Positions 47,648 through 55,872 of a stretch of DNA of 64,000 nt are shown here, piece by piece (within the stretch, counting starts at the first letter, position 1; every line of letters begins with the position of its first letter). Source of the DNA: Tagaea sp. Its GTDB lineage: Bacteria; Pseudomonadota; Alphaproteobacteria; CACIAM-22H2. Both the position numbers and the translations under genes were made by a program. The stretch covers positions 247,656 to 311,655 of the forward strand of contig OZ245798.1 in assembly GCA_965228135.1 (NCBI GenBank), given 5' to 3'. Under the pieces are notes generated by a model, which was not told the DNA's origin, did not search any database, and saw only the letters and a program-made list of their open reading frames with translations.

Positions 47648-49052
47648 CGTGGCTGCCCGGCAGCCCGGCTTCGTCGATCGGCTCAAGCGGATGATCGGCG
47701 TTTCGGATGCGGATGTGGAGGCGGAGCCCACCGGCCGCCCGCCGGCCGTCGATCGCGATTTCCCGAGCGCCGACAATCCGGAGAAACTGGCCGGCGATTT
47801 CATCGCCCGCCTATCGCGCGTGCTGGGCGAGCGCCGCTCGGTTCTGTCGGGCAATATCAACCTCGTCGGCCTGGGCGCGGTTCGCGAGAAGCTCGGCGTG
47901 GAGTGGCCGCGCTACGCCGCGCGCGCGCAGAAGGTCGCGGACCATTGCATCCGGAACGCCATCGGTTCCGAGGATATTCATTTTCGCTACGACGAGCTTC
48001 GCTTCCTGATCGTGTTTGGGACGTTGAATCGGGATCAAGCGCAAGCGCGGTGCCTGAAAATCGCCGAAGAGATCGCGCGCAGGCTTCTCGGCGAAAAATT
48101 CGAGGAGTCCGCCACGCAAGTCGAGACATGTGTCGTCGAAGCGGACGGGACGCTCGTCTTCTCCGCGCTGACAAAGGAAGACCTGCTGCAACGTCTGACC
48201 GGCGGCGAAGCCGCGACGCGGGAAACATCCGATGCGGATGCGCCGGCATCCGGCGGCGGCGAGGGCGGCGAGAACGGCATGCCGGATTTCTCGTTCGCCA
48301 AGATCGACAAGGCGAAAGCGTTGTCGTTGATTCGGATCGTCTACCGGCCGGTTTGGAGCCTGAAGCAAAAGGCGATCACGACGTATTTCGCGGCACCGAC
48401 GGCGATGAATGTCTTCGGGCGGTTGCTCGAAGACACCGAGCTTCGGCACGAATACGCCAAGACGGTCAGTTCCGTCGAATTCGACATTTTTCTGGCACGC
48501 GCCGCGTTGACCGGTTTGGCGGGGCTGGTCGGCAAGGGGCATCGCGTCTTGCTGTGCTGGCCGGTCGACTTCGAGACGATCGCCACGCGGCAGAGCCGGG
48601 AGACGTATCTCGCGCAGTGCCGCGAAATTCCCGAAGCCGTCCGCCAGCTTCTCGTATTGGAGGTCGATCGGCTGCCGCGCGGCGCGCCGCAGAGCCGCAT
48701 CGTCGAATGCGTTTCGGCGTTGCGCCCGTTTTGCCGTTCGGTGTTCGTGCGAATTCAGCCCGAGATTCGCCGTTTGGCGCCGGTCGCGGGCGCGGGGGCT
48801 GGCGCCGTCGGTTTCGCCTCGCCGCGGCAAATGGACGACGCGCAATGCATGCGCTTGATGAATGAGTTCGCGGAGCAATCCGCGAAACTCGGATTGCGGA
48901 GCTATGTCCGCGGTCTTATCGGCCGCCCCCAGGTCCTTGGCGCGATCGCGGCGGGGATCGATTACATCGACGGGCCGATCGTATATCACGAAGGGGATTT
49001 GCCCGGGCCGATGCGCCGCTTCGACATCGACGAGATCTATCGCGACGTCTGA
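47640..49052 (+). CDS. Hypothetical protein with degenerate GGDEF-like and EAL-like regions
   Basis: DIHFRYDELRFLIVF where GG(D/E)EF is expected. IVYRPVWSLK...TYFAAP, LVLEV and GIDYIDG occupy EAL-domain positions without the catalytic motifs. Confidence 0.55.
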   Translation: MRNVAARQPGFVDRLKRMIGVSDADVEAEPTGRPPAVDRDFPSADNPEKLAGDFIARLSRVLGERRSVLSGNINLVGLGAVREKLGVEWPRYAARAQKVADHCIRNAIGSEDIHFRYDELRFLIVFGTLNRDQAQARCLKIAEEIARRLLGEKFEESATQVETCVVEADGTLVFSALTKEDLLQRLTGGEAATRETSDADAPASGGGEGGENGMPDFSFAKIDKAKALSLIRIVYRPVWSLKQKAITTYFAAPTAMNVFGRLLEDTELRHEYAKTVSSVEFDIFLARAALTGLAGLVGKGHRVLLCWPVDFETIATRQSRETYLAQCREIPEAVRQLLVLEVDRLPRGAPQSRIVECVSALRPFCRSVFVRIQPEIRRLAPVAGAGAGAVGFASPRQMDDAQCMRLMNEFAEQSAKLGLRSYVRGLIGRPQVLGAIAAGIDYIDGPIVYHEGDLPGPMRRFDIDEIYRDV

Positions 49053-51664
49053 ACGGCGTCGGATTTCGCGGGCAGGAAGAGTTTCACCGTCGTGCCGTGG
49101 CCGGCTTCGCTTTCGATCTTCACGTGCCCCCGGGACTGCCGCATGAATCCGTACACCATGCTCAGCCCCAATCCGGTGCCTTTGCCGATCTCTTTGGTCG
49201 TGAAAAACGGATCGAAGGCGCTGGCGAGGACGTCGGGCGTCATGCCGGTGCCGGTGTCGCTGACGGACACCACGACATATTCGCCCGAAGCGGCATGATC
49301 GCCATCCATGGCTTGGGGGGCGTCGAGCGTTTCGTTGCGCGCTTCGATCGATACTTGGCCGCCGCGCGGGGTCGCGTCGCGGGAATTGACCACGAGATTC
49401 AGCACCGCGGTTTCGAATTGAACGGGATCGATCACGACGGGGCTCGGCTCGCCGTGGATTTTCATGTCCACGCGGATGTCGTCGCCGAGCGTCCGCTGAA
49501 GGAGCGGGCGCAGCGCCGTCAATTTCTTCTGCACGCGGATCGTTCGCGGATTCAGCGGCTGGCGTCGCGCGAAAGCCAGAAGCCGCTGGGTGATTTCGGC
49601 GGCGGTCATGCCCGCCGCGCGGATCATCTCGGCGAGTCTCCGCTGCTGGGGGTCGGCGATACGCGCCGCGAGCTGATCGGCGTTGCCCAAGATGACGGTC
49701 AGCAGATTGTTGAAATCATGCGCGACGCCGCCGGTCAGCTTGCCGATCGCCTCCAATTGTTGCGCGTGCCGCAGGCGGGATTCGATGCGCACAAGCTCGC
49801 TGACGTCGCGGAAGAAGATCGATATTCCGCCGATATCGGCGTCGCGGCCTTTATGGCGGTAGGCGCGGACGTCCAGCCAAACGCCGAGCGGCTCGAAATT
49901 GACGCGGGCTTCCATCGGCGCGCCGGTGACCATGACGTTGCGCAATGCCGCGCCGAGAGGCGTGTCGAGTTCCGGAAACACGGCCCACAATTCGCGTTCG
50001 GCAAGCTCGCGCGCGTTCCGCCGGAACAGGATTTCCGCGTTTTCGTTCATCTTCGAGACTCGCCATTCGGCGTCGATCCAAATGACGGCGTCGGACATCG
50101 CGTTGAAGACGCGTTGAAACTCGTCGGTCGCGGATTCCGCGCGCGCGCGCGCCGTCTCGAGCATCGACAGCAAGCGGACATTGTCGACCGCGACGGAGAC
50201 GACCCGCGCGAGCTGCTCCGCCACCGATTCGTCGGTCGCGTCGAAATCGCCGCGCGCGCAATCGGAGAGGAGGATGACGCCCTGCGGCGTGCCTTCCCGG
50301 CTGCGCAGCGGCACGGCGAGCAATCCCGAAATCGGCGGGTGAGCCGCGGCATTGGGACCGAAGCCTTTGCGGTCTGGATGATTCTCGAATGCGCTGCGGG
50401 ACAAGCGCAACGGCTTGGCGTTTCGGAACACCAAGCCGTAGATGCCGCTGCCGTCGGGCAGCCCTTGAAAACCACGCCATTTTGCGTGGATATCGTGCAT
50501 CGAGACCGCGTGGTTGGCCGGAACGAGCGAGCCTTCTTTCATCAAAATGCTTGTGCACAGGCGCGCGTCGGTCAGGTCGCGGGCGAGGGTCGTCGCCGCG
50601 TCCAGCAAGGCGGGAATTTCGCGGATCGCCAGCAAATCGGCCGACGCAGCCGAAAGCGCGCGCAGACGTTCAAGCGTCACCGCATTGGCGCGTTCGCGTT
50701 CGCGTAGGGCGCGGATCACGAGCGCGGCGAGGATCAGCGTCGTCGCGCAAAGAACGATCGCGAAGGCGGCGGTGAGGATCGAACGGTCGTGCCACGCCGA
50801 CAGGACGGCATCTTCGTCCAGCGCCACGACGACGATGAAAGAGTCGTTTTGTCCGACGACTTCGAAACTCGTGATGCGGCGAACCCCGTCGAAGGCGTAT
50901 TTCCACGTCGCGACGCCTTGCTTCCGGTGCGGCAGATGTTCGCGAAGCAGAGGCGAGTTGACGATGTTCGCGTTTCGCCGGCCGGGTGGCAGCGGCGGCG
51001 CGCGCGCGATGATCGATCCGTCGGTCAGATAGAGCGCGACGAGCCCCAGCCCGCCGACGTTGAACGCTTCGAACGACCGCTGAAGACGGCTGACATTGAT
51101 CTCGGCACCGATGACGCCTTGGAACACGCCATGTTCGTCGACGATGCGGCGTGCGACATGGAATGTGACCTTCGGCGGCCCGTCCGGTTCGTGCGTCGTC
51201 GACGGTTTGCCGACGATCAAGCCGTCCATGCCGCCGGCCTTGGCGAGGTCGTAGATCGCGAGCTGAGGCGCGGAAGGGCCGTCGTCGGATGCATCTTCCG
51301 AGCTTCCGATCGGATTTCCCCAGGCGTCCAGAATATAGAACGAACTCGTGTAGGGCAGATCCTTGGAGCGTTGACGCAGGAGGCGCCGCCGGATATCGGG
51401 GGATGCGAGGTCGTTCGGCTGATCCATCCGTAAATCGGTGACCAATCCGGCGAGGATCAGATTCATTCCGTCGACCAGCTGTCTGGTGTTCTGACCGATC
51501 GAACTGGTGAGATTTTCCGCCGTGACGCTCGCTTGATCCAGGGTCCCGCGGCGATCGCGAACGATCTGCAGTGCGGCCGCCCCGATGATCGCGGCGATAA
51601 GCACTATTGTGCCGTAGCGAACAACCGTCGCGACTTTTCCGATATTCAAATCGACCTCTCCCAA
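49037..51664 (-). CDS. Membrane sensor histidine kinase (Cache-like, GAF, PAS, HisKA, HATPase), no receiver domain
   Basis: Two TM segments flank a Cache-like region. GAF (GLLAVPL...GVILL), PAS, H-box LTGGVAHDFNNLL, N-box, DTGTGM, FDPFFTTK, GKGTGLGL. TTG start uncertain. Confidence 0.88.
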   Translation of the reverse strand: MGEVDLNIGKVATVVRYGTIVLIAAIIGAAALQIVRDRRGTLDQASVTAENLTSSIGQNTRQLVDGMNLILAGLVTDLRMDQPNDLASPDIRRRLLRQRSKDLPYTSSFYILDAWGNPIGSSEDASDDGPSAPQLAIYDLAKAGGMDGLIVGKPSTTHEPDGPPKVTFHVARRIVDEHGVFQGVIGAEINVSRLQRSFEAFNVGGLGLVALYLTDGSIIARAPPLPPGRRNANIVNSPLLREHLPHRKQGVATWKYAFDGVRRITSFEVVGQNDSFIVVVALDEDAVLSAWHDRSILTAAFAIVLCATTLILAALVIRALRERERANAVTLERLRALSAASADLLAIREIPALLDAATTLARDLTDARLCTSILMKEGSLVPANHAVSMHDIHAKWRGFQGLPDGSGIYGLVFRNAKPLRLSRSAFENHPDRKGFGPNAAAHPPISGLLAVPLRSREGTPQGVILLSDCARGDFDATDESVAEQLARVVSVAVDNVRLLSMLETARARAESATDEFQRVFNAMSDAVIWIDAEWRVSKMNENAEILFRRNARELAERELWAVFPELDTPLGAALRNVMVTGAPMEARVNFEPLGVWLDVRAYRHKGRDADIGGISIFFRDVSELVRIESRLRHAQQLEAIGKLTGGVAHDFNNLLTVILGNADQLAARIADPQQRRLAEMIRAAGMTAAEITQRLLAFARRQPLNPRTIRVQKKLTALRPLLQRTLGDDIRVDMKIHGEPSPVVIDPVQFETAVLNLVVNSRDATPRGGQVSIEARNETLDAPQAMDGDHAASGEYVVVSVSDTGTGMTPDVLASAFDPFFTTKEIGKGTGLGLSMVYGFMRQSRGHVKIESEAGHGTTVKLFLPAKSDAVQTSR

Positions 51665-51731
51665 GCGCGCCGCTCGCGCGGCGAAAGGAGGGCGATCCTA
51701 TGCGGAAATCGTTAACGACAAGACAGCGCGC

Positions 51732-52475
51732 TTAGGCTTCCAGTCCGCGATGAATGTCCTGGGCGAGGTCGGACGATGCGATCGCGTCGCGCGCGCGTGG
51801 ATGGGCGGCGTCGATCCGGCGATCGAGGCGCGCGCGGGCGGGCGAACCGGCCAGCAGCACGACGCGATCGGCGAGATAGAGCGCTTCGTCCACATCATGC
51901 GTGACGAACAGGATCGTCTTGCCCGTGGCGGCGCGGATGCGCAGCAATTCGTCCTGCAGAAAGCGCCGCGTGATCGCGTCCAGCGCCGCGAAGGGCTCGT
52001 CCATCAGCAGCAGATCGGGATCGACCGCGAGGGCGCGGGCAAGCGCCACGCGTTGACGCTGGCCGCCCGAGAGCTGATGCGGCCATTTGCCCGCTTGATC
52101 GGCGAGGCCGACAAGCGAAAGCGCATCTTCCGCACGCTGGCGGCGTTCGGGCTTCGTCAAGCCGAGACCTTCAAGCCCGAGTTCGACATTCGCGAGGATG
52201 CGCCGCCACGGCAGCAGACGCGAATCCTGGAACACCAGCGCGATCGGCCGCGTTCCCTTCTTGTCGGACAGTGCCAGATCGAAGCTGCCGGCGCTCGGTT
52301 TGGCGAGGCCCGCGAGGATGCGCAGCAATGTCGACTTGCCCACGCCCGAGCGGCCGACGATGGCGACGAACTCGCCGCGCGAAACGCGCAGATCGAATGC
52401 CTCGAAAATCGGCGTGACGCGGTCGGCGCCCGCGAAGGACAGGCCCAGACGATCGAGAGTGATGGCGGCGGTCAT
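51732..52475 (-). CDS. NitT/TauT/SsuB-type ABC ATP-binding protein
   Basis: [39 protein letters not shown]. Confidence 0.92.
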   Translation of the reverse strand: MTAAITLDRLGLSFAGADRVTPIFEAFDLRVSRGEFVAIVGRSGVGKSTLLRILAGLAKPSAGSFDLALSDKKGTRPIALVFQDSRLLPWRRILANVELGLEGLGLTKPERRQRAEDALSLVGLADQAGKWPHQLSGGQRQRVALARALAVDPDLLLMDEPFAALDAITRRFLQDELLRIRAATGKTILFVTHDVDEALYLADRVVLLAGSPARARLDRRIDAAHPRARDAIASSDLAQDIHRGLEA

Positions 52476-53284
52476 GGCTTCCACTTCAACAGCGCGTCGC
52501 GCCACAGCACGAACAGGTAGTCGCACAGACCGTAAAGGGCGGCGATGGTGAGCATGTAGACGACGACGATCTCGGTCGCGAGCAGGCTGGAAGCCTGCAT
52601 CATGCGCTGGCCCAAGCCCGGCACGCCGAACAGCTCGGCCGCAACCACGGCCATCCAGGCTTGGCCCAAGCCGGTGCGCAAGCCGCCCAGAATGCCGGGG
52701 GCGGCGGCGGGCAAGATGATCTTGGCGAGCTTGGCGCCGATCGACCGATGGCCGAAGGCGTCGGCGACTTCGATCAGATCGCGATCGACCGCCTGCACGG
52801 CGGCGATCGCGGCGAAGAAATTGATCCAGAATACGCCGACCGCGACGATGAACGTGGCGCCGCCCGTGCTGACGCCGAACCAGATGATCGCGAACGGGAC
52901 CCAGGCGAGGCCGGGGATCGGACGCAGGACGCGCACGATATAGGACGTCGCGGCCTCGAAACGCGGCGACACGCCCGCCCACACGCCAAGCCCGACGCCA
53001 AGGCCCGAGCCGAGGAGGAGGCCGAGCAAATAATGCGACAGGCTGTTAAGAATCGCCTCGTGCCAAGCGCCGCTTTGCACGTCGCGCCAGAAGGCGCCGG
53101 GCAGCGACGAAGGCGGCGGCAGCAGCAGCGTGGAGATCAAACCGAAACGCGGCGCCGCTTCCCACAGCAGCAGGAAGACGGCCAGACCGCCGAGACCGAG
53201 CGCGGTCTTGCCCTTGAACCAATGCGTCATGACGCGTTTGGGAATACGCGTTTGCGCCGGCGAGGGCAAGACCACGTCGGTCAT
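52472..53284 (-). CDS. NitT/TauT/SsuC-type ABC permease
   Basis: LLPPPS, LRPIPGLAWVP, GGLRTGLGQAWMAVVAAE. Confidence 0.9.
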   Translation of the reverse strand: MTDVVLPSPAQTRIPKRVMTHWFKGKTALGLGGLAVFLLLWEAAPRFGLISTLLLPPPSSLPGAFWRDVQSGAWHEAILNSLSHYLLGLLLGSGLGVGLGVWAGVSPRFEAATSYIVRVLRPIPGLAWVPFAIIWFGVSTGGATFIVAVGVFWINFFAAIAAVQAVDRDLIEVADAFGHRSIGAKLAKIILPAAAPGILGGLRTGLGQAWMAVVAAELFGVPGLGQRMMQASSLLATEIVVVYMLTIAALYGLCDYLFVLWRDALLKWKP

Positions 53285-53289
53285 CGTCT

Positions 53290-54324
53290 TCAGCCCGTGA
53301 CGCGCGCGGCTTTGCGGAAATAGCTGTCGTCGAACAGCCCATCCAGCGGCGGGACGCGGTCGTTGGCGCCGATCTTCACCTGGTATTCGAGCAAAGCTTG
53401 CGTCGATTTGACGATCTTGTTCGGATCGGCGGTGAATTTCGAACCGGGCGAACGCAACGCGCGCAGGACGGTCGCGTCGTCGACGATGCCACGGCCAAGC
53501 ACGGCCAGGATGGCCGGTACGGCGCGTTCGGGCTGGTTGATCAGCAGATCGGTCGCGCGAAGGGTGAGGTCGACGAGCTTTTGCACCGCCGCTTCGTTCG
53601 ACTTCACGAACGCGCCGGTCACGGCGAACACGCCGCCGGGCTGGTCGGTCAGCATCTGGCCGCCCGAGGCGATCAGCTTGGCGCCTTTGTCGCGGTCGAG
53701 GATGATGGTGAGGGCGGGTTCGCGCACCGTGGCGCCGTCCACGGCCTTGGCGAGCAGGGCTTGCTGGGTGGCGTCGATGCCCATCGGCACGATTTCGACA
53801 TGCGCGCGGTCGATCTTCGCGACTTCCCACAGCCAATGCTGAAGCGTGACGTTCGGCACGGAACCGGCGGGCTGCGTGGCGACGCGCGCGGCTTTCTTGG
53901 TCGCTTCGAAGAAGCGCTTGAAGCCCTGGGCGGCGTCGCCGTTCGCGGCGTCGATATCTTCGCGCAGACGGCCGCCGGCGACGAAGGCGAGTTCTTCGGT
54001 CGCGGTCGCGGCGACGACGCGGATATCGAGGCCCTTGGCGCGCGCGACGGCCAGCGGGGCGACACCCGCCCAATAGGTTTCGAGCGTGCCCGACGCGACC
54101 GCCTGGATCATGTTGGGGCCGCTGTCGAATTGCACGAGGCGCAGATCGATGCCGGCATCGCGCGCCCAGCCGTCCTTATCGATGACGAAAAGCTGGGAAG
54201 CGCCGAGCACGGGGATGTAGCCCGCGCGCACGACGATGCGGCTTTGTGCGATCGCCGGGGCGGCGAGCGCGGCGGCACCGGCGGCGATGCCGCCCAGCAG
54301 GGCGCGGCGATTGAACTTCGGCAT
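53290..54324 (-). CDS. NitT/TauT/SsuA-type ABC substrate-binding protein, Tat-type signal
   Basis: FNRRALL...PAIAQ signal, VRAGYIP, FDSGP...AVASG. Strong SD GGAGGT 6 nt upstream. Confidence 0.88.
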   Translation of the reverse strand: MPKFNRRALLGGIAAGAAALAAPAIAQSRIVVRAGYIPVLGASQLFVIDKDGWARDAGIDLRLVQFDSGPNMIQAVASGTLETYWAGVAPLAVARAKGLDIRVVAATATEELAFVAGGRLREDIDAANGDAAQGFKRFFEATKKAARVATQPAGSVPNVTLQHWLWEVAKIDRAHVEIVPMGIDATQQALLAKAVDGATVREPALTIILDRDKGAKLIASGGQMLTDQPGGVFAVTGAFVKSNEAAVQKLVDLTLRATDLLINQPERAVPAILAVLGRGIVDDATVLRALRSPGSKFTADPNKIVKSTQALLEYQVKIGANDRVPPLDGLFDDSYFRKAARVTG

Positions 54325-54336
54325 ATTCGGACCTCC

Positions 54337-54367
54337 AAAAAGGACAGGCGGGTGTAGCCCCGCCTGT
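54337..54367 (-). terminator. Intrinsic terminator-like hairpin directly upstream of the SBP ribosome-binding site
   Basis: Minus strand: ACAGGCGGG-GCTACA-CCCGCCTGT-CC-TTTTT, followed immediately by GGAGGT. Confidence 0.6.
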
Positions 54368-54421
54368 TGCATTGCGGAATTGAAGTCTTCTAACGGCGGG
54401 GTTGAGGAATATTTGCGACCG

Positions 54422-54526
54422 CTAAGCCGCAAGGCCGATCCAGCGGACCAGTCCGATGGCGAGCGCCACGAAAATCCCGGATTTGACGGCGAGCCCGAGC
54501 AATTCGCGCGTGGCGATGTCAAACAT
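54422..54526 (-). CDS. Small hydrophobic peptide, 34 aa (below the ORF track cutoff)
   Basis: MFDIATRELLGLAVKSGIFVALAIGLVRWIGLAA*. GAGG about 8 nt upstream. Start overlaps the end of the upstream small ORF. One predicted TM helix. Confidence 0.5.
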   Translation of the reverse strand: MFDIATRELLGLAVKSGIFVALAIGLVRWIGLAA

Positions 54527-54719
54527 GGCCGGCCTCGGTCGCTGCCGGTCGCAGGCCCAGAAAGGCCCGAACCTGCTGCCAGCCCGGAAAGCGGAAATCG
54601 GCCGCCACGCCGGGGAAACCGGGTTCGGCGCACAGACACAGCTCCAGCGCGATCCCTTCCAGGGTCGGCGCGAAGCGGGGGCTGGCGTCGTGGGCCGGTG
54701 TCGTGGCGGCGTCGGTCAT
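54519..54719 (-). CDS. Small hypothetical protein, 66 aa
   Basis: MTDAATTPAHD...ELCLCAEPGFPG...GHV*. GGAGG SD 5 nt upstream of the ATG. Sits divergent from the LysR gene. Confidence 0.55.
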   Translation of the reverse strand: MTDAATTPAHDASPRFAPTLEGIALELCLCAEPGFPGVAADFRFPGWQQVRAFLGLRPAATEAGHV

Positions 54720-54884
54720 GTCGATCCTCCGATGGTGGACGAAATGTCGGCGCCGCGCCGCGCGGTTTCAATCCAGTTTGCTTGTGCCGGCCGTTCGGTT
54801 TTTCTAAACGCGACAGGAAAACTTGAGCGGCCGTTTCGTATTTCTCCCGAACGTTTTCGCCGCATCGCGAATATGTTCGCGAGC

Positions 54885-55802
54885 ATGCGTCGTCGTTTGC
54901 CACCCCTTAACGCGTTGCGCGCTTTCGAAGCCGTGGCGCGCCATATGAGCGTCACCAAAGCCGCGGATGATCTGAGCGTCACGCCGGCGGCGGTAAGCCA
55001 TCATTTGAAATCGCTGGAGGACCAGCTGCAGATCGCGCTGTTCTTGCGCACCAAGAACGGCATTCTGCTGACCGATGCGGGGCAGGCGATCTTGCCCGGT
55101 ATTCGCGACGGGTTCGAGCGCTTCGCCGCCGCGATCGAGCAGATCGACAATCTGGGCGATTCGGGCGTGCTGACCGTTTCGGTCGCGCCATCGTTCGCGG
55201 CGAAATGGCTGTTGCCGCGCCTCGAAACCTTCCAAGCCGCCAATCCCGGCATCGATGTGCGCGTCGGCGCTTCGATGTCGCTCAGCGATTTTCACGGCGA
55301 CGGCGTCGATCTTGCCATCCGCTATGGCTCGGGCGGTTATCCGAACGTCAATAGCGAGCGCTTGTTGGAGGAAGCCGTATTCCCCGTGTGCAGCCCGAAG
55401 CTGCTGAACGGGGCCGCGCCGCTTTCCGGCGTGGACGATCTGCGTCACCATACGCTGCTGCACGACGACGGGCCGGACGAAGATCCGTCCTGCCCCAATT
55501 GGGCGATGTGGCTGAAGGCGGCGGGGGCGAAGGACATCGACGCCACGCGCGGGCCCAAGTTCAATCAATCGAGCATGGTCATCGAAGCGGCGGTGCTGGG
55601 GCGCGGCGTGGCGCTGGCCAAGGCGTCGCTTGCGGCGGCCGATCTCGACGCCGGACGCTTGGTGAAGCCCTTCGGCGAGGCGATCCCGATCGATTTCGCC
55701 TATTGGCTGGTATGCCCGGCGTCGAAGTTAGGGTTGCGAAAAGTCGATTTGTTCCGAAATTGGCTGAAATCCGAAGCCGCCGAGTTCGCCGTCGCCGCTT
55801 GA
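54885..55802 (+). CDS. LysR-family regulator, GcvA/AmpR-like
   Basis: RRLPPLNALRAFEAVARHMSVTKAADDL, FAAKWLLPRL, DLAIRYG, GRGVALA. Confidence 0.92.
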   Translation: MRRRLPPLNALRAFEAVARHMSVTKAADDLSVTPAAVSHHLKSLEDQLQIALFLRTKNGILLTDAGQAILPGIRDGFERFAAAIEQIDNLGDSGVLTVSVAPSFAAKWLLPRLETFQAANPGIDVRVGASMSLSDFHGDGVDLAIRYGSGGYPNVNSERLLEEAVFPVCSPKLLNGAAPLSGVDDLRHHTLLHDDGPDEDPSCPNWAMWLKAAGAKDIDATRGPKFNQSSMVIEAAVLGRGVALAKASLAAADLDAGRLVKPFGEAIPIDFAYWLVCPASKLGLRKVDLFRNWLKSEAAEFAVAA

Positions 55803-55872
55803 TTCTCGTTGTCGCGGGCACCGTCCGGGGGGTCTAATAGGCTCCGGTTTATTGGACGGCGGAGCGTATACG

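Noticed and set aside
54325-54421. Known riboswitch (guanidine, TPP, SAM-II, cobalamin) ahead of the NitT/TauT ABC
   Set aside because: I could not find the diagnostic consensus elements by eye. Kept as an unknown attenuator candidate pending an Rfam scan.
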